Below, in pieces: positions 22,320 through 35,829 of a stretch of 64,000 bases of DNA. Under the pieces are notes generated by a model. The model searched no databases, was not told the origin of the DNA, and saw nothing but the letters and a program-made list of their open reading frames with translations. Origin of the DNA: Schizochytrium sp. TIO01 (lineage: Eukaryota; Protista; Bigyra: Labyrinthulomycetes); assembly GCA_004764695.1 (NCBI GenBank), contig SMSO01000031.1, forward strand, positions 5,122,436 to 5,186,435, given 5' to 3'. The translations under genes were made by a program, and so were the position numbers. The first letter of the stretch is position 1. Every line of letters begins with the position of its first letter.

Positions 22320-24900
22320 GCGTCTACGGCCGAATTGGTGGCGGTCGCGATGATGAATAATTAATTCACTCCTTCTGCAACAGGAATAAGAAGAAGATTC
22401 AGGACACGCAGATCATGCAGCACACGCAATCAATGGAGGAGTGTTGTCCTCTTGTCATGTGTTGCATCAAAAGAGGATGAATGAATGAATGAATGCGCAT
22501 GAGCTAGAATCGAAGCCTTCATTTGCCAAGGTAGTATTCTGATATGCTCGAAATAAACTTGCAGCAAAATCGAGGAGGAGACGAGGAATGATGGCATAGA
22601 TCCTTCTTCAAATAAACGTGCGTATGACTTAAGATCGCACAGGTGAGGTCCGCGTGACGATGGGACCCAGGCTGCCTGGGTTAGTTACGCACGCCACGCT
22701 CGGATCGACTAGGAAGCGCATCCTTTGCTTTCGTGTGGCACGACTTTCCTACGAAGTGTATTTGGTATGGCCCATTTTGGAGAAGAAGATACCTTCGATC
22801 TGCGCGTTCCTAGTTAATCTATTTTATTGAATGTCTGTACGTATGTGTGTATGTAATTCAACGATGGACGGAGATGAAAATCACTGATCTTGGCGGTGCA
22901 AGTCTTCAAAGGTTCATGCATGCACGCACGAAGAAATTGACATTGTCCTCGCAATTGATCGTGCCAAGCAGCAATCAGCGCTGCTGCAGTGAACGTGCAT
23001 TTGCATTTGCATTTACATGCAATGAAAGACTTTGTGGAGTGGCGCTTTACGAGACTTCGAGAGATCTCCAAGGAGGTAGCTCGCTAGCGACAGGAAGAAA
23101 CTGCCGATAGCTTGCCATGGATAGGTAATGAGACTTGGATCGTGTGGAGATTCTGAGCAAAACTACTTTGAGTGGAAGGACTGACTGACTTCCCAGAGCT
23201 ATGGACCATTTCCAACTTGAGCATCAGTCTGGATCTGCCGGCTTTGCAGAATAGACAGCAGAAAAGACTCCGACGCCGTCGTGTCCGTACGTCACGATCT
23301 GATGTAGAGCGAGTGAATGTCTTTGAGCAGCACTGCGGTCAATCGCTCGCAAGATTAGTTTAAAGAAGTTGCCACAACAGCGGAAAGCAGCTCCAACAAT
23401 TGGTCGATCGGCTAATGAGCCGAAACATCTCTAGGGACCGCGCCAAAGTTATCCATGAAAAGATCGTTCGTTCGACTACGAACTCTCAGCTTTGATGTTT
23501 CATGTGATTGGCGATGCGACCTACCTCTCAATAGCTAGCAAGCACTCGTAGCATCGATTGCTGCCTCTCACTCATTTGCTGTTAGATCTTCCATCCTTGT
23601 TTGGTAGGGATAGTATTTCTCTTAGAGCTTGCAGGGTTTTATGTTTCACCTCAAAACGAGCCAATGGAAATGGATTCTTGGCGTAGCGCTACCTACCTAC
23701 ACATAAACTGCTCTGAGTTAGAAGATAAGCGGCACCAGGCTTTCCGGCTTGTTCACATTGCCTTGGTCTCGCAGCCTCTAATATCTTAAATCGGGCTGCA
23801 GCACTTTTGCCAGAATTCAAGTGAATTAGCACCGGAAGACTTCCTTGGGAGCAGTGCAAAGCTGGCGTTGCCATGAAGACTTTTTTGATATTTTCACGAT
23901 AGCTTGACAATCAGAGTGTCCAAGTTGGCGTTCGATTTAGCACATAGGCGTGTCTTTACAGGATTCGACACTTTACATAAAGTCTAACGCCATCAGCCTT
24001 AAATCAAATCAAACGATTGTAAATTAGCATTAGAATTAACCGGAATCGTTCGAGCAGATTGTTTCTTTGAGTGAGGCAAGACTCCTCAGAAGACAGAATG
24101 AAAACATGCAAAACATGCTAGTCCGCGGACGTCGTTTTCACTCTGGGAATGACGTAACATCAATTGTCAAGAGAGGGCGCCGCCGAACTATTGACTTTGC
24201 CCAGAAAAGGTTTTGGAGAGTTTTAATAAATTAAAAAAGGCTTACTGGCCAACAGCTGAAGGAATTGCCCGATCCATGAGAGTGCATTGCTATTGCAGTA
24301 ACGGTGATTGATTGGCAAAGCATAAGTAGTAAAAGGTTTCTGAACTAGTGAAATGTTTTGACAGGGAGCTTTGGCCGAGAACTATGAAATGGTGGTATCT
24401 GTCTACTCATTAGCCAATGAAACGATTTATTTGGCCTGAAACCTTTGAGAAAAAGATTAAGATGGAAACCAACACTATGTTTAAATTTCTCCGTTATCTT
24501 TCGATCGAGCTAGAATGAAATCTGTTTGACGATAAATGTTGGAATAGGTGATGATTGAAACATTTCTGCTTTAGTTCAAAACAACAGACTGGGGGTTATG
24601 TTCACAAGTTGGCGTGGAGTTTGGTTGCCTTTAGGTTTCTCTTTCCCTTGTGTCTAACTGAAAAATCAATTTGTTTCTTGACCTGCAATTCGGGTTTCAT
24701 CTTGAAGTTTCCATCCATCACTGCCGTATTGGAAAACCCAGCATCGTTCCTTTCTCGAGGGTGTGCGTGAGCAACGTCCAAGCACCGGCTGACCGACTGT
24801 TGCAAAATCTTCAGTTTTTTCTATCTAGCCAGAGCGAGCACAGAACTGACTGTCGTCCAAGCGAAGGCAGCGTTGACGCAAAAGCTGTAAATCCTTCTCC
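22320..24900 (+). mobile_element. Decayed Ty1/copia fossil G: all domains compressed into ~2.6 kb
   Basis: gag 'LK.AG.EV.D...AAWV' ~22628-22682; knuckle 'CF.CG' 22727; PR tail 'KLTLSSQLIVPS' ~22934; INT 'GPFPT.SI' 23203, 'VNVFEQHCGQSLARL' 23313, 'DATYL.N' 23513; RT 'HQAFRLV' 23733, 'GV(D).E.TF' ~23864, 'KFLRYL' 24483-24500; RNase H 'DWG' 24587 and 'R.KH' ~24775. Confidence 0.8.
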
Positions 24901-24993
24901 CACACCCTGACCGGTGCCTAGCCAGGTGCTATTATTAGCACTAAGCTGAGAAGCAGCAGCCCAAGCAGCAAGCAAGAAGAAGTGGTGGATAGG

Positions 24994-25040
24994 AAAGTAT
25001 AAAAGTATAAAAGTATAAAAGTATAAAAGTATAAAAGTAT
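24994..25040 (+). repeat. (AAAAGTAT)x~6 tandem repeat
   Basis: Directly visible. Confidence 0.9.
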
Positions 25041-25296
25041 ATAAAGAAAGAAAGAAAGCGCCTCTCTTTAGTAAGTTAATACAGCTGCCGGGTAGTACCT
25101 AGTAGCACTGGGTACTATGCCTCAGCAGACTTTCTAGTTTGAGGAGCACATCTTTTCACGAAGTATGTCGCAACAGCTGACTTACTACCTACTTACTGCC
25201 TAGCAGGAGGAACTTGAAGCTCTCTGTGTGTCCCTCATCATCATCGTTTCATCAATCAAACTGTGTCTGTGAGGAATGAACATTCACTTGTTTACT

Positions 25297-25354
25297 CTCA
25301 CTCACTCACTCACTCACTCACTCACTCACTCACTCACTCACTCACTCACTCACT
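25297..25354 (+). repeat. (CTCA)n microsatellite
   Basis: Directly visible. Confidence 0.95.
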
Positions 25355-25912
25355 CTGAACGCGGCGAGGGGCGATTAATTTGTTTGTTTGTTTGTTTGTT
25401 TGTTTGATTGATTGATTGAAATTCCAGCTTTAGCTTTTTTGTAGCTGGGCTGGCATGATCGTGCCACCACCACCTCCACCAGAGCGAGTGAGTGCGTGTA
25501 GAACTGGAGAGAATACCGGCCATGCGCTGCTGTTATGGAGCTTGGCATTCTTGAGAAGGCCAACGCAGTAAGCAGGTAAGTGGTAAGCAGGTAGGTAAGT
25601 GAGCAGCGCGTAGGAGACATTTACATTTAGGCGGGAGAGTATGTATGAATCACAAAGAAAAGCTGGGCTTGGCCAACGAGGTAACCCGGGGACAGATGGG
25701 CTCGCTCAAGTCACCACAAGCGAGACTGACTTCCAACGACCTGGTCATACCTAGGGACTGTGTAGCAGGTGCGAGGACTTGAGCCTTTCTTTTGGTCTTC
25801 ACGAAGAAAGAACAAGGGTAGATAAACTGAAGAAGGAAGCAGGCAGGCGGGTAATAGCGGGCACTAGAAGAGGCGTTTGGAGGGTGTGCGATCGTTTCAT
25901 GCCTTCTCTGTT

Positions 25913-26022
25913 GTTTGTTTGTTTGTTTGTTTGTTTGTTTGTTTGTTTGTTTGTTGTTTGTTTGTTTGTTTGTTTGTTTGTTTGTTTGTTTGTTTGTTTG
26001 TTTGTTTGTTTGTTTGTTTGTT
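25913..26022 (+). repeat. (GTTT)n microsatellite
   Basis: Directly visible, one interruption. Confidence 0.95.
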
Positions 26023-28772
26023 CTCCTTTTCGTCACTGGTAATGAGGCTTGTCTCGTAAATAGAGGAGACGCATTCTGGAGAGCTTTACGCATCAAATCA
26101 CTTCGCAATCCATTCGCACTCGTGCTTTAGGTATCACGCCACGAAGGCTAGCTCGAAGAGGCAGCAAAGCAAAACGAACGAAGAGGTACCTACCTTCCTA
26201 CCTACCTACTACCTAACTACTACTACTACTACTACCTACCTACCCAGGGAGGAGAAAGAAAGTCGCATTTGAGAAAGGCACTGTTGTTATGGAACTACTT
26301 TGCGCAATACTCAGGAACTTCCAACTGGTTTTTCCAGTGACCAATTTGGCATTCTTGAATAATTAAAATGTACTAACTGTACTAACTACAAATATATAAT
26401 GAATGAATGAATGAATGAATGAATGAATATACATATATATACAGGACCCGGGGAGTCCTCCTCAGGCTGTGACTTCGAAGGAGTTGGGCTCACTTGTAAG
26501 GCACCCACGGAGCAGGGATGATGAATGTAGGCACCACACCCATCGCATCGCCGTTGAGCTGCTTTCAAGCCAGTGCCAATTTCGTGATGATGAAGGGCCG
26601 AATGTATGGTTCCACATTCCAGTGGGTGTCGTGTTCAGGAGGCGGTGATATTCCTAATCACCTGCCTGCTGTAAGTAATGAACGAATAAATGAATGAGTG
26701 AATGAATGTAAGCGAACCTGATCAGGGGACATTGGCATTGGCAGTGAGTGCGATGCAAGGTCTAGCCTCGGGGCATGTTTGCAATAGAAACAAGGGCAAT
26801 CTTGTCTTGTTGTCAACTTCATTGAGTCATTTATTTGTACAAAAGGTACAACAGGTGTAAATTTGTTCTGTTTTATCGAACAGTCACTCTCACCTATCAG
26901 AGGCTACTCCTATCAAATCTTTTTCCTACAAAGCCAGTGGGTGGGTGGTAAAAGCTCAAGTCAAAACACATCCCTCCTGTCCAAACTTTTAAGTTTGTAT
27001 ATTTGAGATCCCTATCTAGAAATGGTTCTCAACGAAAGTTACGGGTGGTTTAGTGCGCTGCAGTACTAGCAGCAAGAATCACTAACAACGTTAAAGAAAT
27101 AGTAAGTTTCAACATTGGGAATAGAGCTGGAAATTCGTATGCCACACGATACAGAGGCAGCAGCAGCAGGAGCAGCAGCAACAGCAGCTTAGCAGAAAGA
27201 AGAAGCGAGTTTTGAAGCGATCTGTTTTAGTTCAAGCTAGCACAAATTCCGTTCGTGTCACCACCCACTCCCCTCTATCATTGCGGAGTACGCACTAGAA
27301 ATTCGTAATTCAAGGAAGAGATCACATGTGCCTGCGTACCTTCTACTCGCTCCAAGCGAGGCATTTCGTTCTGCAAGTTTGCGACTGTGTGTGGCTCTTC
27401 TATCGTCTAGAAAAGCAACACAGAAAAGCATCATTTGGGAGCAGGCAGGTATCCCATCCGTGTCTTTTAAACTTACTTTCGAAGCTCTTGAACTACCAGA
27501 AGCTCTTGCGCACGCGACGTGGCTGCAAAATACAAGGCCATCAGGCTAAAACTGCCTTTTCGACCGAGGAGACAACCTACCACTTCTTCTTTTTGGTGTA
27601 CTGATGAATTAATTACATGGTAAAAATGGAGAAAGAACAAATGTAATTTTGCATTCAGGGCTCCTTTCTTTCTTTTTCTCCTTTTGGTTTGTTTGTTTGT
27701 TTGTTTGTTTATTTATTTGTTTGTGTTTGTCTTGAATTGGGTGGCTCTTGTCGCTTCAATTGTAATTAGAATAAAGCTTTTATGATTCTCAAAAGCTGCA
27801 AGGCTCAACTATATTTTAGATAAAAAGAAAAGAAAGAATAGTTAGAATATAATTGGAGACCCGTATAAATAATCTTGATTTTGTCCCTTTTGAGCACCTC
27901 TGCTGTGTCCTAGTCCTAAACGGAAAAGAAAAGCTATTCAAAGGGTACTGCAATTGCTATGGGTACTTCGAACAACCAGGATGCTTCGAGATTTTGGGTG
28001 GACTCAGACCAAAGCAAGGAAATGAGGCGGAAACCAGTGCACGAGGTACCTCTACTTTATACTACCTCGCAGCTTTTTTGCAGGCAACCAAATAAATGAA
28101 AGGGCCCACCATTATTCACCGACTGCTTCTCTACGTCTGTTCTTGAAACGGACCTCTCTTTTTGATGTAGTAGCAGCCCTGAAGCCTAAAAGAAAGAAAG
28201 AAAGCAAGCAAGAAAACATCGTTGCAAAGACAAAAACATTAAGAATCCAGGTTCGTTTTGGCAATGGATTTGTCCTAGTCGGATCTTGTTGTCGCAATCT
28301 GGAGGAGAAGGCCAACAAACAACATAGGGAGTTAGTTAATTGAGGTATTCAATAAATGAGATATCGATCATTCTTTGATGATGGCTGATGGCCTCAAACT
28401 TGAAAAGCCATGCATTCCTTCAGCGCTGGCAAGAGTGGCGCAAGCATATAGGATCGCAGCGCACAGTCTGCCAAGAACAATTACTCGGAATGTCGAATAG
28501 CGACACAGATAAACCAACTCGAGTTGCCAGAGATTGAAAGCGGGGACGGAGCTGGGCAGAAGAGCATGGACGCAGACGAGGAGATCGACAGCTGCAGCGA
28601 TCACTATACATACCTACGTTGCCATTTCTCGCAGAAAATCGATCAAAAGTTGAAACACAAATGCGTGTTGACTGAACCATCAAAGTCCAAGACCTCAAAG
28701 ACTAACAAAGCTTTGGCTTGCTTGTAAAAAAAGAGGTCACACCTAGGTAGGCCTGTGATAGAGAGAGCCCTT

Positions 28773-28840
28773 AAACAAACAAACAAACAAACAAACAAAC
28801 AAACAAACAAACAAACAAACAAACCTTTAAACAAACAAAC
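28773..28840 (+). repeat. (AAAC)n microsatellite within copia RT remnant
   Basis: Directly visible. Confidence 0.95.
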
Positions 28841-30256
28841 CAAAACTTCGTCTCGCGCAAAAGAGCATTGTAAAAAATCTCTTTGAGTAAATGGTAACCT
28901 CATCGAAGAATGAAGCAGTGGCTAAATAGCAGGAGTGCCTTGCTCAGCAACGTGGCGGGCCCTATTGGCCTGCTGTCTAGGGACCACTTTACCAGTTTTC
29001 GTGCCTGCTGTAGTAGCACTTCTTCCGTCTTGATCTTCTTCGCATGCTTTCTTTGAAAATCTCACTCACTCGTGATTTACCCATTGCACTACTTGCGAAT
29101 GAGTGGTAGCGAGAACTAAGCGAAGCCATGGATCGCTCGAGGCCGGCCCAAGATGAGAGGGACCTACACTTCTGAAGGAAACATGGCAACAAAACAAAAA
29201 GAAGTTGGTACACAACTTGAACACGCCAGGGAGAGAAACCCAAGCAGAAGCAGAGAACGTGAAGCGAAGAAGAAGGAGAAGAAGGAGAAGAAGGAGAAGA
29301 AGGAGAAGAAAGCAGAAAAGTATCACTCACTCACTAAGTTACTAAGTTAGTAAGTCAGTAATCAAGCTGGGTGACGGCACGCGCAGTGTGGGTCGGTGGC
29401 GGTCTCAAGATGCTCCTGCAAGAGGCCGGCGACGACTGTGCTAAGCGACAGTTAATAAGGGTGTGGCTTGGCAAAGTGGCGAGAGAGGGTCTCGCGGTGC
29501 GAAGCAATCAATGCATGCAAATGCATGCATTTGGCGCTGGCGAGCAGGTGTTTTAGAAGAAGAACGAATGACAAAAATCATGCTTGATTTTTTACACTTA
29601 TCCTTCTTTTTAAAGTTAAAAAGTTCTTATCAGCAGGGTGACTGACTTTGATTCTTTCTTTCTTTTACCCATATGGTGCAAAGCTTGTGTTAATATTTGT
29701 AATATTTTAAAGAAGCTTTCTGTTTTAGTTATCGTCGATTGCAAAGGGCTCATAGTAGGTAGGTAGGTAGGTAGGTAGGTAGGTATGTACCTGGTACGGG
29801 GAGAGAAGTAAAAAAGGAACCATTTTCTGTGATGCGACTTTTCACGAGAAAGGGGGACTTTCCTAAGGGTTGTAATAAGATCATCGCAAGTCGACTGATC
29901 TGTTCGCGCCGCTTCGGGGTATTGTTGAGGCCACTCGCGTGCGCGTGGGCTGAAAACAGTTGGTTTGCCTGCGCTTTTTCTGGATTCATTCTATGCATTT
30001 ATCCCTCATATAATCTTAATGATAGAGTTAGTTAGTATTTTCGATCGTAAAGTAAAATAAAGAAAAGTATAATATAATACAGTGATAATGACAGAGTATC
30101 TCTTTTACATCATTGGAGATTATCGCAAGTCTTCCCGATTCTTTGATTGATTGCACATTCTCATCACTATCGCACTTACTCACGCACCCACGCACATACA
30201 TACATACATACCTTCTCACATCATGTCGCCAAAATATGATGAATATCTATCTGTAG

Positions 30257-30287
<31 letters not shown>

Positions 30288-30319
30288 AAGAAAGAAAGTA
30301 GAAAAGCAAAAACTTCAGA

Positions 30320-33300
30320 ATGGTGAGCTCAAGTCAAATTTTTCTTCGCTTTAACTGGCGAGTTTCTAACTCGAGGGATAGGTGGCTGAGGGCTTGGATG
30401 TGCGGGATGCAACATGAAGGAGGAAAACCGAAGTGGATGGGCGCAGGGACGGAAAAAAAGCCACAGGCGCCTTTTCTAAAGGTCCTTTTCAATGATAAAA
30501 AGCTAAAAACTTGGCAAAAAGAAAAAGAAAAAGAAAAAAGAAAAAAGAAAAAAGGAAAAAGGAAAAGGAAAGTAAGCCTCTGGGTGAGAAAGTTTTCCCC
30601 ATGGGTTCAGATTAAAGAAATCATCAATGCGCTAAGAAATTAAAAATTCTTTCTTAAAACGTTTTTTTCTCTGATTTTGGAAATTCCCAACAAGCTAAAT
30701 ATATTTCTGAATCACGGACGCAATTTCTTTTATTAAAAAAAACAAAAACAGTTTAACATAAAAAAGAATATAAAGAATAATGACCTCTCAAAACATTTTT
30801 AAATATAATGTTTCAGACAAAAGAAAAGAAAAAGAAAACGAGGAAGATCGCATATACTCCAAATTATTTTATTCAAATGAGAATATCTCATCCATATATA
30901 AATTTTGTGAAAGTTAAAAAAAACAAAAAAACACTTTCGATTCAAGGGGGAAGGAAAATAAAACTAAAAAATACAATAAGAATTAAAATAAAAAGTAAAA
31001 CAAATCCACACTAATTGTTAGTTACTGGAAGCAGAAACAAAACCGACATCGCCGGGTCGCCTTCACGAACCGGCGGACGTGTGGGAGGTCACCCCCCTCG
31101 TTCCAGTAGCTAGAGGCTAGTAGCTTTGTGCGACCGCTAGCGACTGCTATCGTTGGCAGTAGGAGAGATTTTGAAACACGAGAGAGTGCTCATGAAAGCA
31201 AAAATGCTTTTACAAAATGAAACTGTTCGATGCAGTAAAGAAAAATTGTGTATCACTGGAAGTAGGTACTCTGCCTGCCATCAGCTCGTACCGGGATGAC
31301 GGCCAGAACCTGTTTATTCCTACCTACCGAAGTATAAGCAGCATATAGTGCGAGGAATCATATCATCCTGTTGCGCCTGATAGTGCTGCTGATTGTTTGT
31401 TGTTGTTACTCAAGTTGTTATCATTTTTTATATATTTAAAATTATGATTAAATATATAACGTAACAGGAATGTACTGCGCTAGCTAGCTAGAGACTGTTC
31501 TTCATTTTCTGTGGGTGATAGAACTGACGGTATCGTTGGATCCCAGGAGGGTCAAAAAATGGACGCCAAGAACTAAGTAAAGACCATCAGTGAAACCAAC
31601 GACGCCAACAGCTGATGCATTGGCGTTCTCTTAGGTGTGATTTTCGAGGAGTTAATTAAAGAAGAAGATGAGGGACGCGTGTTTTTTTTTTGGAAAGGTA
31701 GCACCTGCACTCTTTTATCCATACGCCTAATGCTTATTAGACGAGACGAAAAGTCAGCTGGTCAGCTCCTTATTCTGTTTGTGTTGAGATGGAGGTGGAT
31801 TTCCCATCTTTGGCGGAAGATATGCTTCGCTCGGGGCGTATTGCAGAGCAAGGTTTGGAAATCTAACGGCCCGGCCGGTGTTTGTTTAGTTTGCCGACGC
31901 AAGTTCTTGATCAGGATAACTAGAAACGATAAGACGAACCGCCAAAAGGTCGGCATTTGGAGGATTTTCTTAGTGTTAGTTTTGGTCGGTTTATTCGCAC
32001 GAAAACGATAGGTACCTTCTTGAAGGTCATTCGTTCATCAGGTAAATAAACCCGCGAAATCAAGCGACAAATCGATGTGTTGACGATGAATTAGGCAGTT
32101 GTCGCCAAGCTTGACTTGCTTGAGCGAGAAGACCCGAGTTATTCCTGGAGATTTGGGCGGGACCTATTCGCGGGGCAAAGACTGTCTCCGCAGAACAGCT
32201 CAAGCAAGAGAGCAAAGTAAAAGGTTCCTGAGCTGGCGCCCTTGCAGTGCAACGCAAGTGCGCATACATTTACAAGTCAGTTGATGCTAGATCTACAAAT
32301 AAACAGACTGTTCCACATAAGTTAAATACCCAGTCCTCCATAAAAAAGAAAGTAAAATTAAAGATATATATATATATATATATACCTTACCTGCTGATAT
32401 GGCAAATGGGCGCGCGGGAAATTGTTTAGCTGACCACTAATCTTTATGCACGTGATGTTGGTTCGGGGCTGTGCGGAATTAATTCAATAAGCTCAGGTGT
32501 CGAGTGATATTCGAAATAAAAGTCTGCTGCACGCTCTCTGTGTCGTTTCTTTCTACTACTGTTACCTTCTACTGTGCCAAGCAATCTTTGGCCCCAAGCT
32601 CTAACGCGGTCTATCGACATTCTTTGTGCTAATGAACGCATCATCGGTGGGCTTTGGCTAAGAAGCAGTGCTGAGGTACACCCTCCCTCTAAAACGATGA
32701 CGCTCGCATTGTCCTGGAGAGCACACAAGCGTTCAAGGAAGCGGCGCCAACGAGTGAAGATCGCAATTTTGATTCGTTCGCGAGACAAGGAACTTGAAAC
32801 GACAAGGGAATTGAAGACAATGTCTTTCCGAGCGAGAGGCAAAGTAGTCCAGCTTTCAGAGCGTTCGTGTGAGCAGGAGCTAAATATTTAACTTGTTCCA
32901 GACATGATAACGGCGTTCTTCGACGCCACCATTAGATGTGCCTTCTCACGCCTTACGTGGAAAGGGAGGAGGCTGAAGAAAAAAAGCTTTGCTATACCTG
33001 CTTTGGTTCGATTGCGTTATTCTCGCGCCACGAGCTCCGACATGGCCATTCGCAAATGGTTTATATTGCAGGTAGAAAGAAGATGAAAGCAAGTTGAAGA
33101 AGGGCACTTGTACGAACAGAACTTCAGATGCCAGGGCCCCAGAACTAATCAGGATCAATACGCAAAATCTGCCTCGAAGCTGTGCTTCGGATCGATGGAG
33201 CCATCAGATGATCTCGCTATCTGCTTATGGAAAACCTCAGGAGCATTTAGTCAGATTCCTAATCTATTGCACGCCTTGCGCTGGTGAAATAAATGTATCG

Positions 33301-33500
33301 GGATTTGCAAATCAATGGGCCGTGTAAATGCCGCTCTATCTGGGTCCGCCATGAAAAGATTGCAGCTCTGAGACTCGCTGCAACGAGGGTCATGCTGATG
33401 CAGGCTGGAAGGAATGAAAAGATGAAGCTTCTTCGGGCTCACCTTGAACGTTCCTTTTGCAATTTCGAGAACTGTTACACTAGATCCCCCCACCTCCAAC
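30320..33500 (+). mobile_element. Decayed Ty1/copia fossil I
   Basis: gag 'SNF...WR' ~30335 and 'LKTWQKEKEK' ~30503; 'L(W)HWR.LG' ~31613; 'S(D)NG' ~31862; RT 'WQM.AREI..L..N' 32400, 'CR(W)IF.IK' ~32498, 'V(D)DMITA' ~32895, 'M..P.EHL' ~33227. Confidence 0.65.
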
Positions 33501-33659
33501 TGTTCTCTCTGTTTCCCTCTCTCTATCACGAAGAGAATGAGAGAATGAGAGAAAGAGAGAGGAGTAAGTAAAAACTTTATAAAGTAAAGAGAGCTCTCGT
33601 TTGAAGCAGTGTGTATGAAGAAGGTACCTAGGTAGTACTACTTAGGGACTGCTACTACT

Positions 33660-35800
33660 ACTGCTACGTGCGACACGGTGCGAGCTAGCGTTCTTGAATA
33701 AGAACAAAACCCAGGTTCTTATTGGGTTGAAGCTGAAGTTGACCCAACCTTGTGCTGGTCTCGTCCTCAATTTCATATTCCAGCAAGCGACACAGCTTCC
33801 TTTCGGACGCCATGCCTGTTGCGAAGCGACACGCATTCTGTCCCTTTAACCCTGCTATTTGTATCGCCACTCTCGTGTTGCCTAGCGCACTCTCTTCGTT
33901 CGGTTGTTCGACAAGTTTGTTTATTTGTTTGTTTGTTTGTTTATGCTTTTTAGTTCGATACTTTCTTTCCTGCGATTGATGATAATGAGCTTTCTCGTGT
34001 GGCAGTCAGGGAAGTAACAGCGCTCACTGTCGGTATACAGTCGGGGGTGAAGGCGCGTCAGTCGAGCGCAGCTTTAAGCTTTAAGCTTTGAGCGCCAGTG
34101 TGCAAAGGATCAATGTCCAGAATTTTAATTTAAGATATTAAATGAATAGACCCTGCCTACGTACGAACTAAAAATACGAAATCTGAAAATATATAGAACA
34201 AAAACATCAAGAACACCTCGTTGCTCAGGCCACACGTTGTGGCGTGGCACCATCTTAGCGTAGGGCGATGGTGAAGGCGAGTCGTGAAGGTGAGGACATC
34301 AAACGTGTCGGGGACTTCGCGACTGATCATTGCGTATTCTGCGACGAGTCCTACGAGCTAACGAGTCATTTCAAGAGTGATTTCAATTTACATGTCGCCG
34401 TATTCGTACCTATTATGTCTCTATATGTGATCGAAAGATCAGTTGCCCTTCCTTTAAAAGAACAAACAAAGCAAACACTAACATGCTTTAAAGAGTGGAA
34501 TAAAGAGATAACAAACTTAAAAACAATTTCTTTTCTTTCTTTTAAAATAGAAAGGAAACCTTGTCGACACACTCTTATACCTGACTAACGTAAACACTAA
34601 GCGTAGTGCGCATGGGCCATGATCGTTTTGTTTCTCGAGCGTGAAAGCTCATCGTCGCAGACGCTTGCAGGGGGTGGATCGACTTGAGTTCACTCAGGAG
34701 AAAGAACTCTGGAGAACTTCTCTTGTTCTTCTTCCTAATGTTTTCCTTTTCTATCTATTTATAAGGGGTTAATCATTGACCTTTTTTAAAACACTAAAAA
34801 TAACATAAAATCAATTTATTCGCAAAGAAAAATTAAATGCTTAGTCCGTGTCTTGTTCTGCGAGGCAGAATGGTCGGAACGCAGTGGTTGCAAAAACTTG
34901 TGGAGAGTCTTTTGCTCGTGTTGATGGGCTTCAGTTTTCGTTTGCCTTCCCCCTGCTGAGGAGAGTGTGATGATGCGCAGTGCCCTCTCGTGCCACTCTG
35001 CAGTATCAATAATTAAAAAAAGAGTTTCTTTAAATAGATTAAAGCGAAAGTATTCTCTATGTTTCATTTTTTTTAGTGTAAGGAAAAATATTTTGAATTT
35101 AAAACTCTAGTGAAGGTTGTGTCGTCACACAATTTTTTTTATCTTCATTAGTTTTAAAATAATGCTTAACTAAAAAGGAAGATCAAAGAAGGAGAAATGT
35201 TTTGCCCCGAGGAAGTAACACAAGAGTCTGTATTTTGATTATATATTTTTTTCTTTCAAGACTATGTTTCATCAGTAGTTGAGTAGAAAATAATGCATCG
35301 CATTTTGAAGGAAGAATGATAAAGAATAGAGGAACTGGCCGAACGACTCGTTTGCAAGGTTTACACGACAGGAAGAGTATACTGCGGGATTATCGCGGGA
35401 GGTGCGCGAACCCTTACGATGTCGCCATACAGAAGACTAGGGCGAGGGTTTCTGGCGCTTCATTATTCCAGCAAGATCTATATAGTTGAGCGAGAACCGC
35501 TGCGGTGGTCCAAATCTGTTTACTAATTGAGCCTTGAAAAAGAAAAGAAAGAAAACGTTCTTTTATTCTCCTTTCTTTATGGATGTTTAAGATGATGCGG
35601 TCTCGCTTTTCTTGTTTTTTTCCATGAGTGAAGAGATGCTGCTGCGTTCTTGCTCTTAATATAACTAAGCTTCTTCTAATTTTGTTCTTGCTGAGTGAAC
35701 TAATGCCATTCGCTGCTCTGGCTCTTGTAGTAGTGAGATGCTTCATCTTTCATACCGCCAGAAAAGGAAGATCAGCCTAGATAGAGATGTGATGCTGCTG
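33660..35800 (+). mobile_element. Decayed Ty1/copia fossil J
   Basis: Knuckle 'CGSQG(H)NSAHC' 33998-34030. ORF 34268-34588 is integrase: 'CVFC........F.....LHV(D)VF(G)P..S...PLK..KQTLTCFKEW...ITN'. RT 'AEWSE.AV' ~34864, 'LPP' ~34946, 'KSLY' 35222, 'PYRRL' 35425. Confidence 0.7.
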
Positions 35801-35829
35801 TGATGATCTGAATCAAAAACCTGCATTCA

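Larger units (their letters stand above)
25450..29870 (+). mobile_element. Near full-length decayed Ty1/copia fossil H (gag-ZnK-PR-INT-RT-RH)
   Basis: gag 'TGE(N)YRP(W)AAVMEL' 25503 and 'LLCAIL..LPTGF' 26295; PR 'WV..SG...NHL' 26623; INT '(C)EA(C)VL(G)K.HK.PF' 27211, 'YLL...SEAF' 27337, 'PEALAHATWLQNTRPS' 27496; RT 'QKSMD..EEIDS' 28557, 'KA..(R)LV.RGHT(Q)' ~28707-28746, 'VKN(A)F.NGNL.EE' ~28870-28909; RNase H 'AGD' 29425 and '(D)IL(T)KL' 29701; purine tract ~29846. Confidence 0.8.

Noticed and set aside
22105-22375. 12-bp perfect inverted repeat GAAGGAGTGAAT/ATTCACTCCTTC as MITE termini
   Set aside because: About the number expected by chance in 64 kb, no TSD seen, and it spans a junction between two copia fossils.
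24380-24805. Minus-strand 'C.A.P...AVMDGNFKMK' and 'IPPFH' resembling a KDZ transposase
   Set aside because: Motif spacing is wrong for KDZ, and the + strand gives a much better ordered copia RT/RNase H read (KFLRYL, DWG, R.KH); antisense coincidence.
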